DNA of 64,000 bases from Nitriliruptoraceae bacterium (lineage in GTDB: Bacteria; Actinomycetota; Nitriliruptoria; Nitriliruptorales; Nitriliruptoraceae), in assembly GCA_040880235.1 (NCBI GenBank), contig JBBDIX010000073.1, forward strand, positions 7,392 through 71,391, written 5' to 3'. Under the pieces are notes generated by a model that was not told the DNA's origin, did no database searches, and saw nothing but the letters and a program-made list of their open reading frames with translations. Both the position numbers and the translations under genes were made by a program. Shown here one piece after another: positions 1 to 8,953 of this stretch (position 1 is the stretch's first letter; every line of letters begins with the position of its first letter).

Positions 1-932
1 ACCTGCAGGCGCGTGTTCACCTCGAGGAAGGCGAACTGGCGCTGCTCGGGCTGGTAGAGGAACTCCACGGTCCCGGCGTTCGTGTATCCGGCGACGCGCG
101 CGAGCTCGGCGGCCGACGCGGCGAGTTCGGCCGCCTGGTCGGCATCGAGGACCGTCGACGACGACTCCTCGATCACCTTCTGGTTGCGTCGTTGCACCGA
201 ACAGTCACGGACACCGGGGGCGAGCACGTTGCCGTGGGTGTCGGCGATGATCTGCACCTCGATGTGCCGGGCCTCGCCGACGAGCTGCTCCATGAACAGG
301 GTCGAGTCGCCGAAGGACCGCTCGGCCTCCTCGCTGGCCCGCTCGAACGCGTTCGCGAGGTCCGCTGGGTCGTACACCAGCCGGATGCCGCGCCCGCCAC
401 CGCCGGCGGCCGCCTTCACGACCAGCGGGTAGCCGATCACCGCGGCGTGCTCGTGGGCGGCGTCCACGTCCTCGACCGCGCCGCCGCTCCACCGGGCGAC
501 CGGGACGCCAGCCTGCTCGGCGAGACGCTTGGCACCGATCTTGTCGCCGAGTGCGCGCATCACGTCGCCCGACGGTCCGATGAACGTGATCCCGAGGCGC
601 GCGCACAGGTCCGCGAACTCGGCGCGTTCGGCGACGAAGCCCCACCCGACCCACACGCTGTCGGCCCGGCAGGCCATCAGCGCCCGTTCGAGTTCATCGA
701 GGTCGAGGTAGGGGATCGGCTGGCCGGTCAGGTCCGCGGGCCCGATCTGCACGGCGTCATGGGCCTCGCGTACGAACATCGCGTTGCGTTCGGCCGCCGT
801 GTGCATCGCCACGGCGATGAGGTCGGCGTCGTGTTCGTGGGCGAGTTCACGGATCGCATGGATTGCACGCATCGCCGGTTCGCCACGATTGACGATGGCG
901 ATCCGGCCGAGCGAGGTCAGATCCGCGTCCAA
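1..932 (-). CDS. Acyl-CoA (acetyl/propionyl) carboxylase alpha chain, biotin carboxylase domain; 3' end runs off the left window edge
   Basis: Absent from the ORF track because no stop lies in the window. The reverse-strand translation reads LDADLTSLGRIAIVNRGEPAMRAIHAIRELA...GYPLVVKAAAGGGGRGIRLV...HIEVQIIADTHGNV...VEFLYQPEQRQFAFLEVNTRLQ, a typical ATP-grasp biotin carboxylase. The first possible start after an in-frame TAG is TTG at 930-932, preceded by GGAGG. Confidence 0.85.
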   Translation of the reverse strand, partial: MDADLTSLGRIAIVNRGEPAMRAIHAIRELAHEHDADLIAVAMHTAAERNAMFVREAHDAVQIGPADLTGQPIPYLDLDELERALMACRADSVWVGWGFVAERAEFADLCARLGITFIGPSGDVMRALGDKIGAKRLAEQAGVPVARWSGGAVEDVDAAHEHAAVIGYPLVVKAAAGGGGRGIRLVYDPADLANAFERASEEAERSFGDSTLFMEQLVGEARHIEVQIIADTHGNVLAPGVRDCSVQRRNQKVIEESSSTVLDADQAAELAASAAELARVAGYTNAGTVEFLYQPEQRQFAFLEVNTRLQ

Positions 933-1040
933 GGAGCCTCCGCGTCGCGAGCAGACCGAACGCTACCGCCCGTGCCGCCACGTTGATTCCTGCGGTCTGG
1001 CGGCTTAGCGTGCGACCACAACCGAACAGGGCCGATGATC

Positions 1041-1226
1041 CCTCCCGGGAGAGCGCCAGCAACTGGCCGCCGAAGGAGCAACCTCCTCCCCGGAATCTCT
1101 CAGGCACCCCTACCGAGAGGGACAGGCCACTCTGGAGAGCAGGTGGTGACGCGATCACCACCTCACCGATGGTGCAAGCCGCCCGCGGGCGGTGAACCTC
1201 TCAGGTCCCGGCACAGAGTGGGGAGG
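1041..1226 (+). promoter_or_regulatory. Tandem glycine riboswitch (two aptamers) in the gcvP leader
   Basis: Two consecutive copies of the glycine-aptamer core are present. Aptamer 1: CGGGAGAG...GCCGAAGGAGCAA...CUCUCAGGCA...GAGGGACAG. Aptamer 2, from 1130: CUCUGGAGAG...CACCGAUGGUGCAA...CUCUCAGGUC...GGGGAGG. The element sits directly upstream of glycine dehydrogenase. Confidence 0.8.
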
Positions 1227-1275
1227 CAGCAGCGCCGCTGATGCCGGCGCCCCGAAGGCTGCCCCCGTGACCGAC

Positions 1276-4137
1276 ATGCCGACCCCGTTCGAACACTTCG
1301 TCGACCGCCACGTCGGTCCCGACGACGACGCGATCCGCCGCATGCTCGAGGGCGTCGGCGCGTCCTCGCTCGAGGCGATGATCGACGCGGCCGTTCCCGA
1401 CGCGATCCGTTCCGAGGGGCTGTTCGCGCTCGAACCCCTCGACGAGTTCGAGGTGACCGCGCGGCTGCGTGAACTCGCCGGTCGCAACCGCCAGATGGTG
1501 CAGATGATCGGCCTCGGGTACCACGACACGATCACCCCGCCCGTCGTGCGTCGCAACGTCGTCGAGTCGCCGGCCTGGTACACGGCCTACACGCCCTACC
1601 AGCCCGAGATCAGTCAGGGGCGGCTCGAGGCGTTGCTCAACTTCCAGACCGTCGTCGCCGACCTCACTGGTCTGCCGGTCGCGAACGCGTCCCTGCTCGA
1701 CGAGGGCACCGCCGTCGCCGAGGCGGTGACCCTCATGCACCGCGCGTCACGCGGTGCCGGTGATGTCGTCGCCGTGGACGTCGACGTGCTGCCCCAGACC
1801 CGCGCGGTGCTCGAGACCCGGTGCGAGCCCCTCGGACTGGAGATCGTCGACCTCGACCGGGACGCGGACCTGCCCGACGGGCTGTTCGGCGTGGTGCTGC
1901 AGCAGCCCGGTGCCTCGGGGGTCCTGCGCGACGACGCCGCGCTCATCGAACGGATCCACGACCACGCGGCACTCGTGACCGTGGCGGCCGACCTGCTCGC
2001 ACTCACGCTGATCACCCCACCCGGAGAACAGGGTGCGGACATCGCCGTCGGGTCGACGCAGCGCTTCGGGGTGCCGTTGGGCTACGGCGGCCCCCACGCC
2101 GGCTACATCGCGGTGCGCACGGGGCTCGAACGCAGCCTGCCGGGCCGCCTCGTCGGCGTGTCGATCGACGTGCACGGCCAGTCGGCGTACCGGCTGGCCC
2201 TGCAGACCCGCGAGCAGCACATCCGCCGGGAACGGGCCACCTCCAACATCTGCACCGCACAGGTCCTGCTGGCCGTGGTGGCGTCGATGTACGCGGTGTG
2301 GTACGGACCGGACGGGCTCGCCGACATCGCCCGGCGCGTCCACGGCAACGCCCGAACGCTGGCGGACCGCCTGCGGGCCGGCGGTGTCGAGGTCGTCCAC
2401 GACGCGTTCTTCGACACGGTGCTCGCACGGGTGCCCGGCCGGGCGGCAGCCGTGGTCGACGCCGCGTGCGAGGCCGGCGTCAACCTCGGGCTCGTCGACG
2501 ACGACCACGTGCGCATCGCCTGCGACGAGACGACACGCGCGACCCACCTCGCCACGGTGCTCGGGGCCTTCGGCATCGAGGTCGCGGCGGGTGACCTCGA
2601 CCCCTCCGACGTCGAACTGCCGGACGGGCTGGTGCGCACCAGTGGCTACCTCGAGCACCCGGTGTTCCACGAGCACCGGTCCGAGACGGCCATGCTGCGC
2701 TACCTGCGACGTCTGGCCGACCGGGACTACGCGCTGGATCGCGGCATGATCCCGCTCGGGTCGTGCACCATGAAGCTCAACGCGACGACCGAACTGGAAC
2801 CGATCACCTGGCCCGGGTTCGCGGGACTGCACCCCTTCGCGCCTGCGGACCAGACGGCCGGGATGCGTGAGCTCATCGACGACCTCGAACGCTGGCTCGC
2901 GGCGATGACGGGATACGCCGCGGTGAGCGTGCAACCCAACGCCGGGTCCCAGGGAGAGCTCGCGGGCCTGCTCGCGATCGCGGCCCACCACGCGTCGCGC
3001 AGCGACACGGAGCGGGACGTGTGCCTGATTCCGTCGAGTGCGCACGGCACCAACGCGGCGAGCGCGGTGATGGCCGGCATGCGTGTGGCGGTCGTCGACG
3101 CGTCGCCGGACGGCACGATCGACATGGACAGTCTGACCAGCACGCTGGAGCAGCACGCCGGTCGGGTCGCGGCGATCATGCTCACCTACCCGTCGACCCA
3201 CGGTGTGTACGAGTCCACCGTCTCCGACGTCTGCGCCATGGTCCACGACGCCGGGGGGCAGGTCTACATCGACGGGGCGAACCTCAACGCGCTGCTGGGT
3301 GTCGCCGCCCCGGGTCGGTTCGGTGGCGACGTCTCCCATCTCAACCTGCACAAGACGTTCTGCATCCCGCACGGGGGCGGAGGTCCGGGCGTCGGGCCGG
3401 TCGCGGTCGCCGAACACCTCGTCGAGTTCCTGCCGACCCACCCGCTGCACCCGGATCCCCGTCGACGGTCCGGCCCGGTCGGTGCCGTGTCGGCCGCGCC
3501 GTACGGCTCGGCGTCGATCCTGCCGATCTCCTGGGCGTACATCCAGCTGATGGGATCTGCGGGTCTGGTCCGTGCGACGCAGGTCGCGGTGCTGGCGGCC
3601 AATCACGTCGCCAACCGCCTCGACGAGCACTTCCCGGTCCTGTACCGAGGTGCGGGCGGCTGGGTGGCCCACGAGTGCATCCTCGACCTGCGTGAGATGA
3701 CCCGACGCACCGGGATCACCGCCGAGGACGTCGCCAAACGCCTCATCGACCACGGCTTCCACGCCCCGACACTCAGCTTCCCGGTGGCGGGCACGTTGAT
3801 GGTCGAACCGACCGAGAGCGAGGACCTGGCCGAACTCGACCGGTTCTGCGACGCGATGATCGCCATCCGGGCCGAGGCCGACCGCGTCGCGTCGGGGGAG
3901 TGGCCGAAGGACGACAACCCGCTGGTGAACGCCCCCCATCCGGCCCACGTGCTGGTGGAGGAGTGGACCCACCCGTATGGTCGTGACGTGGCCGTGTACC
4001 CGTCGCGGGAGGCACGGGCCGACAAGTACTGGCCGCCGGTGGGGCGCATCGACGGAGCCCACGGGGACCGCAACCTCGTGTGTGCGTGCCCGCCACCCGA
4101 GGCGTTCGCGATCGACGCGCAGGAGGTGTCGGCATGA
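1276..4137 (+). CDS. gcvP: Glycine dehydrogenase (decarboxylating), glycine cleavage system P protein
   Basis: ORF 1192..4137 has full-length single-chain GcvP-like sequence ([15 protein letters not shown]..., [36 protein letters not shown]). I chose the ATG at 1276; the GTG at 1267, with GAAGG 9 nt upstream, is an alternative. Confidence 0.93.
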   Translation: MPTPFEHFVDRHVGPDDDAIRRMLEGVGASSLEAMIDAAVPDAIRSEGLFALEPLDEFEVTARLRELAGRNRQMVQMIGLGYHDTITPPVVRRNVVESPAWYTAYTPYQPEISQGRLEALLNFQTVVADLTGLPVANASLLDEGTAVAEAVTLMHRASRGAGDVVAVDVDVLPQTRAVLETRCEPLGLEIVDLDRDADLPDGLFGVVLQQPGASGVLRDDAALIERIHDHAALVTVAADLLALTLITPPGEQGADIAVGSTQRFGVPLGYGGPHAGYIAVRTGLERSLPGRLVGVSIDVHGQSAYRLALQTREQHIRRERATSNICTAQVLLAVVASMYAVWYGPDGLADIARRVHGNARTLADRLRAGGVEVVHDAFFDTVLARVPGRAAAVVDAACEAGVNLGLVDDDHVRIACDETTRATHLATVLGAFGIEVAAGDLDPSDVELPDGLVRTSGYLEHPVFHEHRSETAMLRYLRRLADRDYALDRGMIPLGSCTMKLNATTELEPITWPGFAGLHPFAPADQTAGMRELIDDLERWLAAMTGYAAVSVQPNAGSQGELAGLLAIAAHHASRSDTERDVCLIPSSAHGTNAASAVMAGMRVAVVDASPDGTIDMDSLTSTLEQHAGRVAAIMLTYPSTHGVYESTVSDVCAMVHDAGGQVYIDGANLNALLGVAAPGRFGGDVSHLNLHKTFCIPHGGGGPGVGPVAVAEHLVEFLPTHPLHPDPRRRSGPVGAVSAAPYGSASILPISWAYIQLMGSAGLVRATQVAVLAANHVANRLDEHFPVLYRGAGGWVAHECILDLREMTRRTGITAEDVAKRLIDHGFHAPTLSFPVAGTLMVEPTESEDLAELDRFCDAMIAIRAEADRVASGEWPKDDNPLVNAPHPAHVLVEEWTHPYGRDVAVYPSREARADKYWPPVGRIDGAHGDRNLVCACPPPEAFAIDAQEVSA

Positions 4138-5222
4138 CCACGACCCCGCTCCACGACGTGCACGTCGAACTCGGGGCGGTGCTGACCGACTTCGCCGGAT
4201 GGTCCATGCCGCTGCGCTACGACAGCGAGCTCGCCGAACACCATGCGGTGCGCCGTGCCGCCGGGCTGTTCGACCTCAGCCACATGGGCGAGATCGTCGT
4301 GACCGGCGCGGCGGCGGGCGACGTGGTCGACACCGCGTTCGTGACCCGCCTGTCGGGGATCGACGTCGGACGCGCCCGGTACACGATGCTGTGCAACCCC
4401 GACGGGGGCGTGATCGACGACGTGATCGTGTACCGCCGCGCCGACCAGGACTTCCTCGTGGTCGCCAACGCGGCGAACCGCGCGCGTGTGTTCGACGAAC
4501 TGGTCGAACGCGCCGACGGTCGCGCGGAGATCTCCGACCGGTCCGACGACATCGCGCTGATCGCCGTGCAGGGACCCCGTGCCGCGGCACTGGTCGGATC
4601 GCTGGGCGTGGACGACGTGGACGCGGTTCGCTACTACGCCGGTCAGGACGCGCGCGTCGCCGACGTGCCGGTGTTCCTCGCACGGACCGGCTACACGGGC
4701 GAGGACGGATTCGAGCTGTTCTGTGCGCCGGGTGCTGCGGTCGACCTGTGGAACCGGATTGCCGAGACGGGAGCCGGAGCCGGGCTGGTGCCCGCAGGCC
4801 TCGCGTGTCGGGACACGCTGCGGCTCGAGGCCGGCATGCCGCTGTACGGCAACGAACTGTCCGAGGATCGCACGCCGTTCGACGCCGGGCTCGGTCGCAT
4901 CGTGCACCTCGACGGCCGCGAGTTCGTCGGCGCAGAGGCGCTCGCGCGTCGCGCCGAGGAGGAGGGCGAGGTGCGCCTGGTCGGTCTGGTCGCCGACGGG
5001 CGACGGGCACCACGGTCCGGCAACCGGGTGCTGGGAACCGACGGCGAACCGGTCGGGGTGATCACGAGTGGTGCGCTGTCACCGACGCTCGAACATCCGG
5101 TCGCGATGGCGTACCTGACGACGGGTCGACCGGCCGACGGGGAGTCGCTCGTCGCCGACGTGCGGGGAAACGAGGTACCCGTGCGTGTCGCGGACCTGCC
5201 GTTTCACCGCCGGGACCGATGA
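4134..5222 (+). CDS. gcvT: Aminomethyltransferase, glycine cleavage system T protein
   Basis: The protein reads [29 protein letters not shown]...DLSHMGEI...GYTGEDGFE. The ATG at 4134 overlaps the gcvP stop (ATGA), and AGGAGG lies at 4121-4126. Confidence 0.95.
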   Translation: MTTTPLHDVHVELGAVLTDFAGWSMPLRYDSELAEHHAVRRAAGLFDLSHMGEIVVTGAAAGDVVDTAFVTRLSGIDVGRARYTMLCNPDGGVIDDVIVYRRADQDFLVVANAANRARVFDELVERADGRAEISDRSDDIALIAVQGPRAAALVGSLGVDDVDAVRYYAGQDARVADVPVFLARTGYTGEDGFELFCAPGAAVDLWNRIAETGAGAGLVPAGLACRDTLRLEAGMPLYGNELSEDRTPFDAGLGRIVHLDGREFVGAEALARRAEEEGEVRLVGLVADGRRAPRSGNRVLGTDGEPVGVITSGALSPTLEHPVAMAYLTTGRPADGESLVADVRGNEVPVRVADLPFHRRDR

Positions 5223-5268
5223 CGGACTTCTGGCCGACGACGTGGCCGATGTACGACAGGAGGGACCC

Positions 5269-5697
5269 ATGACCAGCGTGTTCACGAGGATCATCGATGG
5301 TGAGCTGCCCGGGCGGTTCGTCTGGTCCGACGACGTCGCGGTCGCGTTCCTGACCATCAACCCGGTCACCCCGGGACACACGCTGGTGGTCCCGCGCGCC
5401 GAGGTGGACCACTGGCTCGACCTCGACGCGGACGTCTGGGAGCACTGCAGCCGGGTGGTCCGTCACGTCGGCGCGGCCATCCAGGAGGCGTTCGACCCCC
5501 CGAGGGTGGGTCAGCTGGTTGCCGGGTTCGAGGTCCCGCACGTGCACGTCCACGTGCTCACGATCGCGTCTATGGCGGACCTGGACCTCTCCCGTGCCGA
5601 GGAGGATCCGGATCCGCAGGTCATGGACGACGCGGCCGTTCGGATCCGCACGGCACTGCGTCGACAGGGGCACGTCGCGCACGTCTCGGGCGAGTGA
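5269..5697 (+). CDS. HIT (histidine triad) family protein
   Basis: The protein reads MTSVFTRIIDGELPGRFVW...NPVTPGHTLVVPR...VPHVHVHVL, which contains the HxHxHxx triad. The ATG at 5269 follows GGAGGGA. Confidence 0.9.
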   Translation: MTSVFTRIIDGELPGRFVWSDDVAVAFLTINPVTPGHTLVVPRAEVDHWLDLDADVWEHCSRVVRHVGAAIQEAFDPPRVGQLVAGFEVPHVHVHVLTIASMADLDLSRAEEDPDPQVMDDAAVRIRTALRRQGHVAHVSGE

Positions 5698-5715
5698 TCG
5701 CCGCGCGCCGGACCG

Positions 5716-6882
5716 TCAGGCGATGTGCTCGTCGCGTCGACGATCGAGGTGCAGGGCGACCATCGCGACCAGCGTCAGCCCCGCAGGCACCCCGAAGCCG
5801 AGCCCGAACCCGACGGTCGAGATGAGCAGCCCGACGAGGTAGCCCCCGCCCCCGAGCGACACGTCGAGGAACGACGAGTACGTCCCGGTCGCCTCGGCGC
5901 GTTCCCCGTCGGGCACCCGCGCGAGGGTGAGCACCAGCAGCGACGGGAACAGGAACGCGTAGCCGATCGCGAACAGCCCCGCGCCGACGATGGCGAACCA
6001 CGGGGCCCGGGGCATCGCCAGCAGCAGCAGCGCGACGATGCAGACCGCCAGGCCCGGCAGCGCGACGCGGTGCAGGCCGAGTCGGTCGGGAACGCCCGCG
6101 AACAGCAGGCGCACCAGCACCATCGTGCCGGAGAACGCGACGTACACCGGGGTTCCACCGCTGAGTCCCACCTCGGCGGCGTACAGGGCCCCGAACCCGC
6201 TGATGCCGGCCAGCCCGAGGCTCGGCGCGGTCAGGATCAGCCCGGTGGGGATCGCCGCGGGGTGCAGCAGGCGCAGCTTCGGTCGGGTGCGGTTGCGCGA
6301 CTCGGTCCGGCCGGTCTCGGGGATGGCGAGCACGCAGGCGAGTCCGATCGCCGACAGACCGGCTGCCGTCCACCAGACCGCTCGGAACCCGCCGAGCGGC
6401 AGGACCCACTCGGCGATGACCGGACCGAGGCCCAGCCCGCCGTACAGGAAGATCGAGAAGTGGGAGATCGCCGCCGCACGTCGCTCCGGGCGCGCGAGGT
6501 CGATGCCGATGGTGACCCCCACCGTGTAGTACATGGCGGACGACACGCCCTGGATCATGCGCAGCGCGACCACGGCGACCACGGACGTCGCCAGGACGAA
6601 CGCCAGCGACGAGGTCACCAGGATCACGAAGGCCGCGATCAGGAACGGTCGACGCCCGATGCGGTCGATGCCCTGCCCGACGACCGGCCGCAGCAGGATC
6701 GCCGACACCGAGAACGCCAGCAGGGTGATCCCGATGTCGGCAGGGGTCCCGCCGACGGGCCCCGCCAGGTACAGCTGCACCCCCAGCAGGTAGATCGCGA
6801 CCACCGTGAAGTTCGCGAGCGTGGCCGTGTAGAGCAGCGCCACCGACAGTCGGCGGCGTGGCGTCTCGTCGGCGGTCCCCAT
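5716..6882 (-). CDS. MFS transporter
   Basis: The 388-aa protein has about 12 hydrophobic segments and the MFS loop motif GQGIDRIGRRP. It lies immediately downstream of the amidohydrolase on the same strand. Confidence 0.85.
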   Translation of the reverse strand: MGTADETPRRRLSVALLYTATLANFTVVAIYLLGVQLYLAGPVGGTPADIGITLLAFSVSAILLRPVVGQGIDRIGRRPFLIAAFVILVTSSLAFVLATSVVAVVALRMIQGVSSAMYYTVGVTIGIDLARPERRAAAISHFSIFLYGGLGLGPVIAEWVLPLGGFRAVWWTAAGLSAIGLACVLAIPETGRTESRNRTRPKLRLLHPAAIPTGLILTAPSLGLAGISGFGALYAAEVGLSGGTPVYVAFSGTMVLVRLLFAGVPDRLGLHRVALPGLAVCIVALLLLAMPRAPWFAIVGAGLFAIGYAFLFPSLLVLTLARVPDGERAEATGTYSSFLDVSLGGGGYLVGLLISTVGFGLGFGVPAGLTLVAMVALHLDRRRDEHIA

Positions 6883-6902
6883 CGCCGTGTGGTCCCCGTC
6901 GG

Positions 6903-8507
6903 TCAGCGTGACCAGACCTGCTCGGCACCGATCCAGGTCGACAGGACTGGAAGGTCCGCGAGGTCGTCCGGGTCGATCGCGCGCGGATCCTGCTCGAGGA
7001 CCACGAAGTCCGCGAGGTGGCCGGGGGCGATGCGACCCTTGAGGTGCGCCTCGCCGGAGGTCTCGGCCGCCGCGACCGTGTAGGCGTGGATCGCCTCGTC
7101 GACGGTGATGGCCTGCGAGGCGTCCAGGTCACGTCCGTCCCAGTCGCGACGGGTGACCACCGCCTCGATGTTGGCGAGCGGCGGGAACGGGCCGGCGCCG
7201 AAGTCCGACGACCCGGCGACCGTGATCCCCGCGTCGAGCATCGACCGGCACGCGATGGTGCGTCCGAGCCGGTCCTGGCCGAAGAACTCGGTGATCTTCT
7301 CCCCGTGGAACCACACGTAGCTGAACAGCGGGACGATGATCAGGTCGAGCGCTGCGGCGCGCCGCAGGATGTCGGGATTGACGATCGAACCGTGCTCGAT
7401 GCGGTGGCGCACCGGGCCGGGGCCGTGGCGGGCCACGGTGGCCTCGAACACGTCGAGAAGCGACGAGATCGCGGCGTCGCCGTTGGCGTGGATCGCGAGC
7501 CGGGACCCGGTGCGGTGCACCCGGTCCACGACCATCTCGATCTCGTCCTTCGACATGAGCAGCAGGCCGTGGTCGTCGGTGCCGTCGAACGGTTCCTCCA
7601 TGAAGCAGGTGCGTCCGGCGACTGCCCCGTCCCAGGTGGCCTTGATGCCGCCGAAGCGCAGCCACTCGTCGCCGAACTCGGAGCGCAGCTGCAGCTCGTC
7701 GAGCATGTCGAGGCACTTCCACGACAGCAGCAGGTTCGTGCGCAGCCGGAATGCGTCTCGGCGGCGGGCCTCCTGGAAGAGCTCCAGGCCGGCCGGCATG
7801 ACCATGGCGTCGGTGACCGACGTGATCCCGGACGCATGCAGGTCCTCGGCGAGCGTGCGTAGCCCGTCGATCGAGTCGTCCAGCTCCAGCGGGGGCACGG
7901 CCGCGATCACGCGTTCCTGCGCCCGCCCGACGAGGATCCCGGTGGGTTCACCGTCGGCGTCCCGGCGGATCTCGCCACCGGTCGGGTCCGGTGTGTCGCG
8001 GTCCACCCCGATGACCTCGAGCGCCCGGGAGTTGAGGATCCCGAAGTGCCCGGAGATGTGGCGCACGTAGATCGGGCGGTCGGTGCTCACCTGGTCCAGG
8101 TGGGTGCGGTCGATGAACACGCCCCCCGACGTCTTGCCCTGGTCGTAGCGAGCGCCGCGGATCCACTCGCCCTGGTCGGACCGTTCGGCCTGGCGGCGCA
8201 GCGTCGCGTACAGGTCGTCGAGGTCCTGCACGGCGGGCGGTGCCAGGTTGGCGACCAGTCCGTAGTCGGCGGCCTTCGACGGATGCATGTGTGCGTCGTT
8301 GAAGCCGGGCAGGACCGTGACGTCCCCGAAGTCGGTGCGCGGTGCGCCGGGGAACCGTGCGCGCAGGTGATCGGTCGTGCCGACGGCGACGATGCGGTCT
8401 CCGATCGTCGCGAACGCCTCCACGTCCTCCATGCCGGGCACCGCGAAGGTCCCGGCCGTGAAGAGCTGGAGCTCGGCGTCGTGGTGTGCGTCGGCACGGC
8501 CGGCCAT
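6903..8507 (-). CDS. Amidohydrolase family protein (Amidohydro_3 / YtcJ-like metal-dependent hydrolase)
   Basis: Diagnostic motifs are VLPGFNDAHMHP, HANGDAA, RIEHGS and GSDFGAGP. The ORF extends to 8588, but the ATG at 8507 (M28) with AGGGG upstream fits the family N-terminus better. Confidence 0.85.
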   Translation of the reverse strand: MAGRADAHHDAELQLFTAGTFAVPGMEDVEAFATIGDRIVAVGTTDHLRARFPGAPRTDFGDVTVLPGFNDAHMHPSKAADYGLVANLAPPAVQDLDDLYATLRRQAERSDQGEWIRGARYDQGKTSGGVFIDRTHLDQVSTDRPIYVRHISGHFGILNSRALEVIGVDRDTPDPTGGEIRRDADGEPTGILVGRAQERVIAAVPPLELDDSIDGLRTLAEDLHASGITSVTDAMVMPAGLELFQEARRRDAFRLRTNLLLSWKCLDMLDELQLRSEFGDEWLRFGGIKATWDGAVAGRTCFMEEPFDGTDDHGLLLMSKDEIEMVVDRVHRTGSRLAIHANGDAAISSLLDVFEATVARHGPGPVRHRIEHGSIVNPDILRRAAALDLIIVPLFSYVWFHGEKITEFFGQDRLGRTIACRSMLDAGITVAGSSDFGAGPFPPLANIEAVVTRRDWDGRDLDASQAITVDEAIHAYTVAAAETSGEAHLKGRIAPGHLADFVVLEQDPRAIDPDDLADLPVLSTWIGAEQVWSR

Positions 8508-8630
8508 GGGCGCCCCTGGTCGTCGGTGGTGAGGTGTGTGGAGAAAGGCTGCTCGATGCAGCCAACGTCCCGCATCCGGGGCACGCAATCGGATGCCTGT
8601 AAGGAACGTCCGGTGCCCGCTTGCATCCTG

Positions 8631-8795
8631 TCAACAGGGGAGGGGTGGAGCGGTCACGGACAGTTCCCGGTTGGTCCGCGAGTCGACGCGATGAGTCAGG
8701 CACCAGCACACCGACGATGTCGGATTCCTCGGTCCGAGCATCGTCGCGAGATCATCGAACCGATCGATCGTGACCGGTACCACCTCGATGCTCAC
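8631..8795 (-). pseudogene. Possible 5' remnant of a GNAT-type acetyltransferase (about 54 codons only)
   Basis: The reverse-strand reading VSIEVVPVTIDRFDDLATMLGPRNPTSSVCWCLTHRV... resembles the N-terminus of the actinobacterial CWC-motif GNAT family. It stops after about 54 aa, about 40 nt before the longest possible start (8588) of the neighbouring gene. Confidence 0.35.
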
Positions 8796-8953
8796 GCCCT
8801 CTCCAGGGTCCGACGTCGGCGTACATGATGCCGCGTAAACGACCTGTAAGGGCGTCTGGTACCGCTCTATAGAGTTGGGTAGGGTGCTGCGCCACACGGT
8901 CCGATGCCCGTTGGGCGTCGTCGACAGATGACGGGAACCCTGGAGGCGCAACG

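Noticed and set aside
1747-4062. Long antisense ORFs opposite well-conserved genes. Examples are 1747..4062 -, 3603..4907 -, 5621..7132 -, 8867..11443 -, 11456..14020 -, 24606..26774 -, 30779..33847 -, 41807..43885 -, 51004..52881 - and 54758..56983 -.
   Set aside because: Their products are Arg/Pro/Gly/His-rich with no recognisable motifs. Each lies opposite an ORF with clear family signatures. They are the usual shadow ORFs caused by stop-codon scarcity in high-GC DNA.
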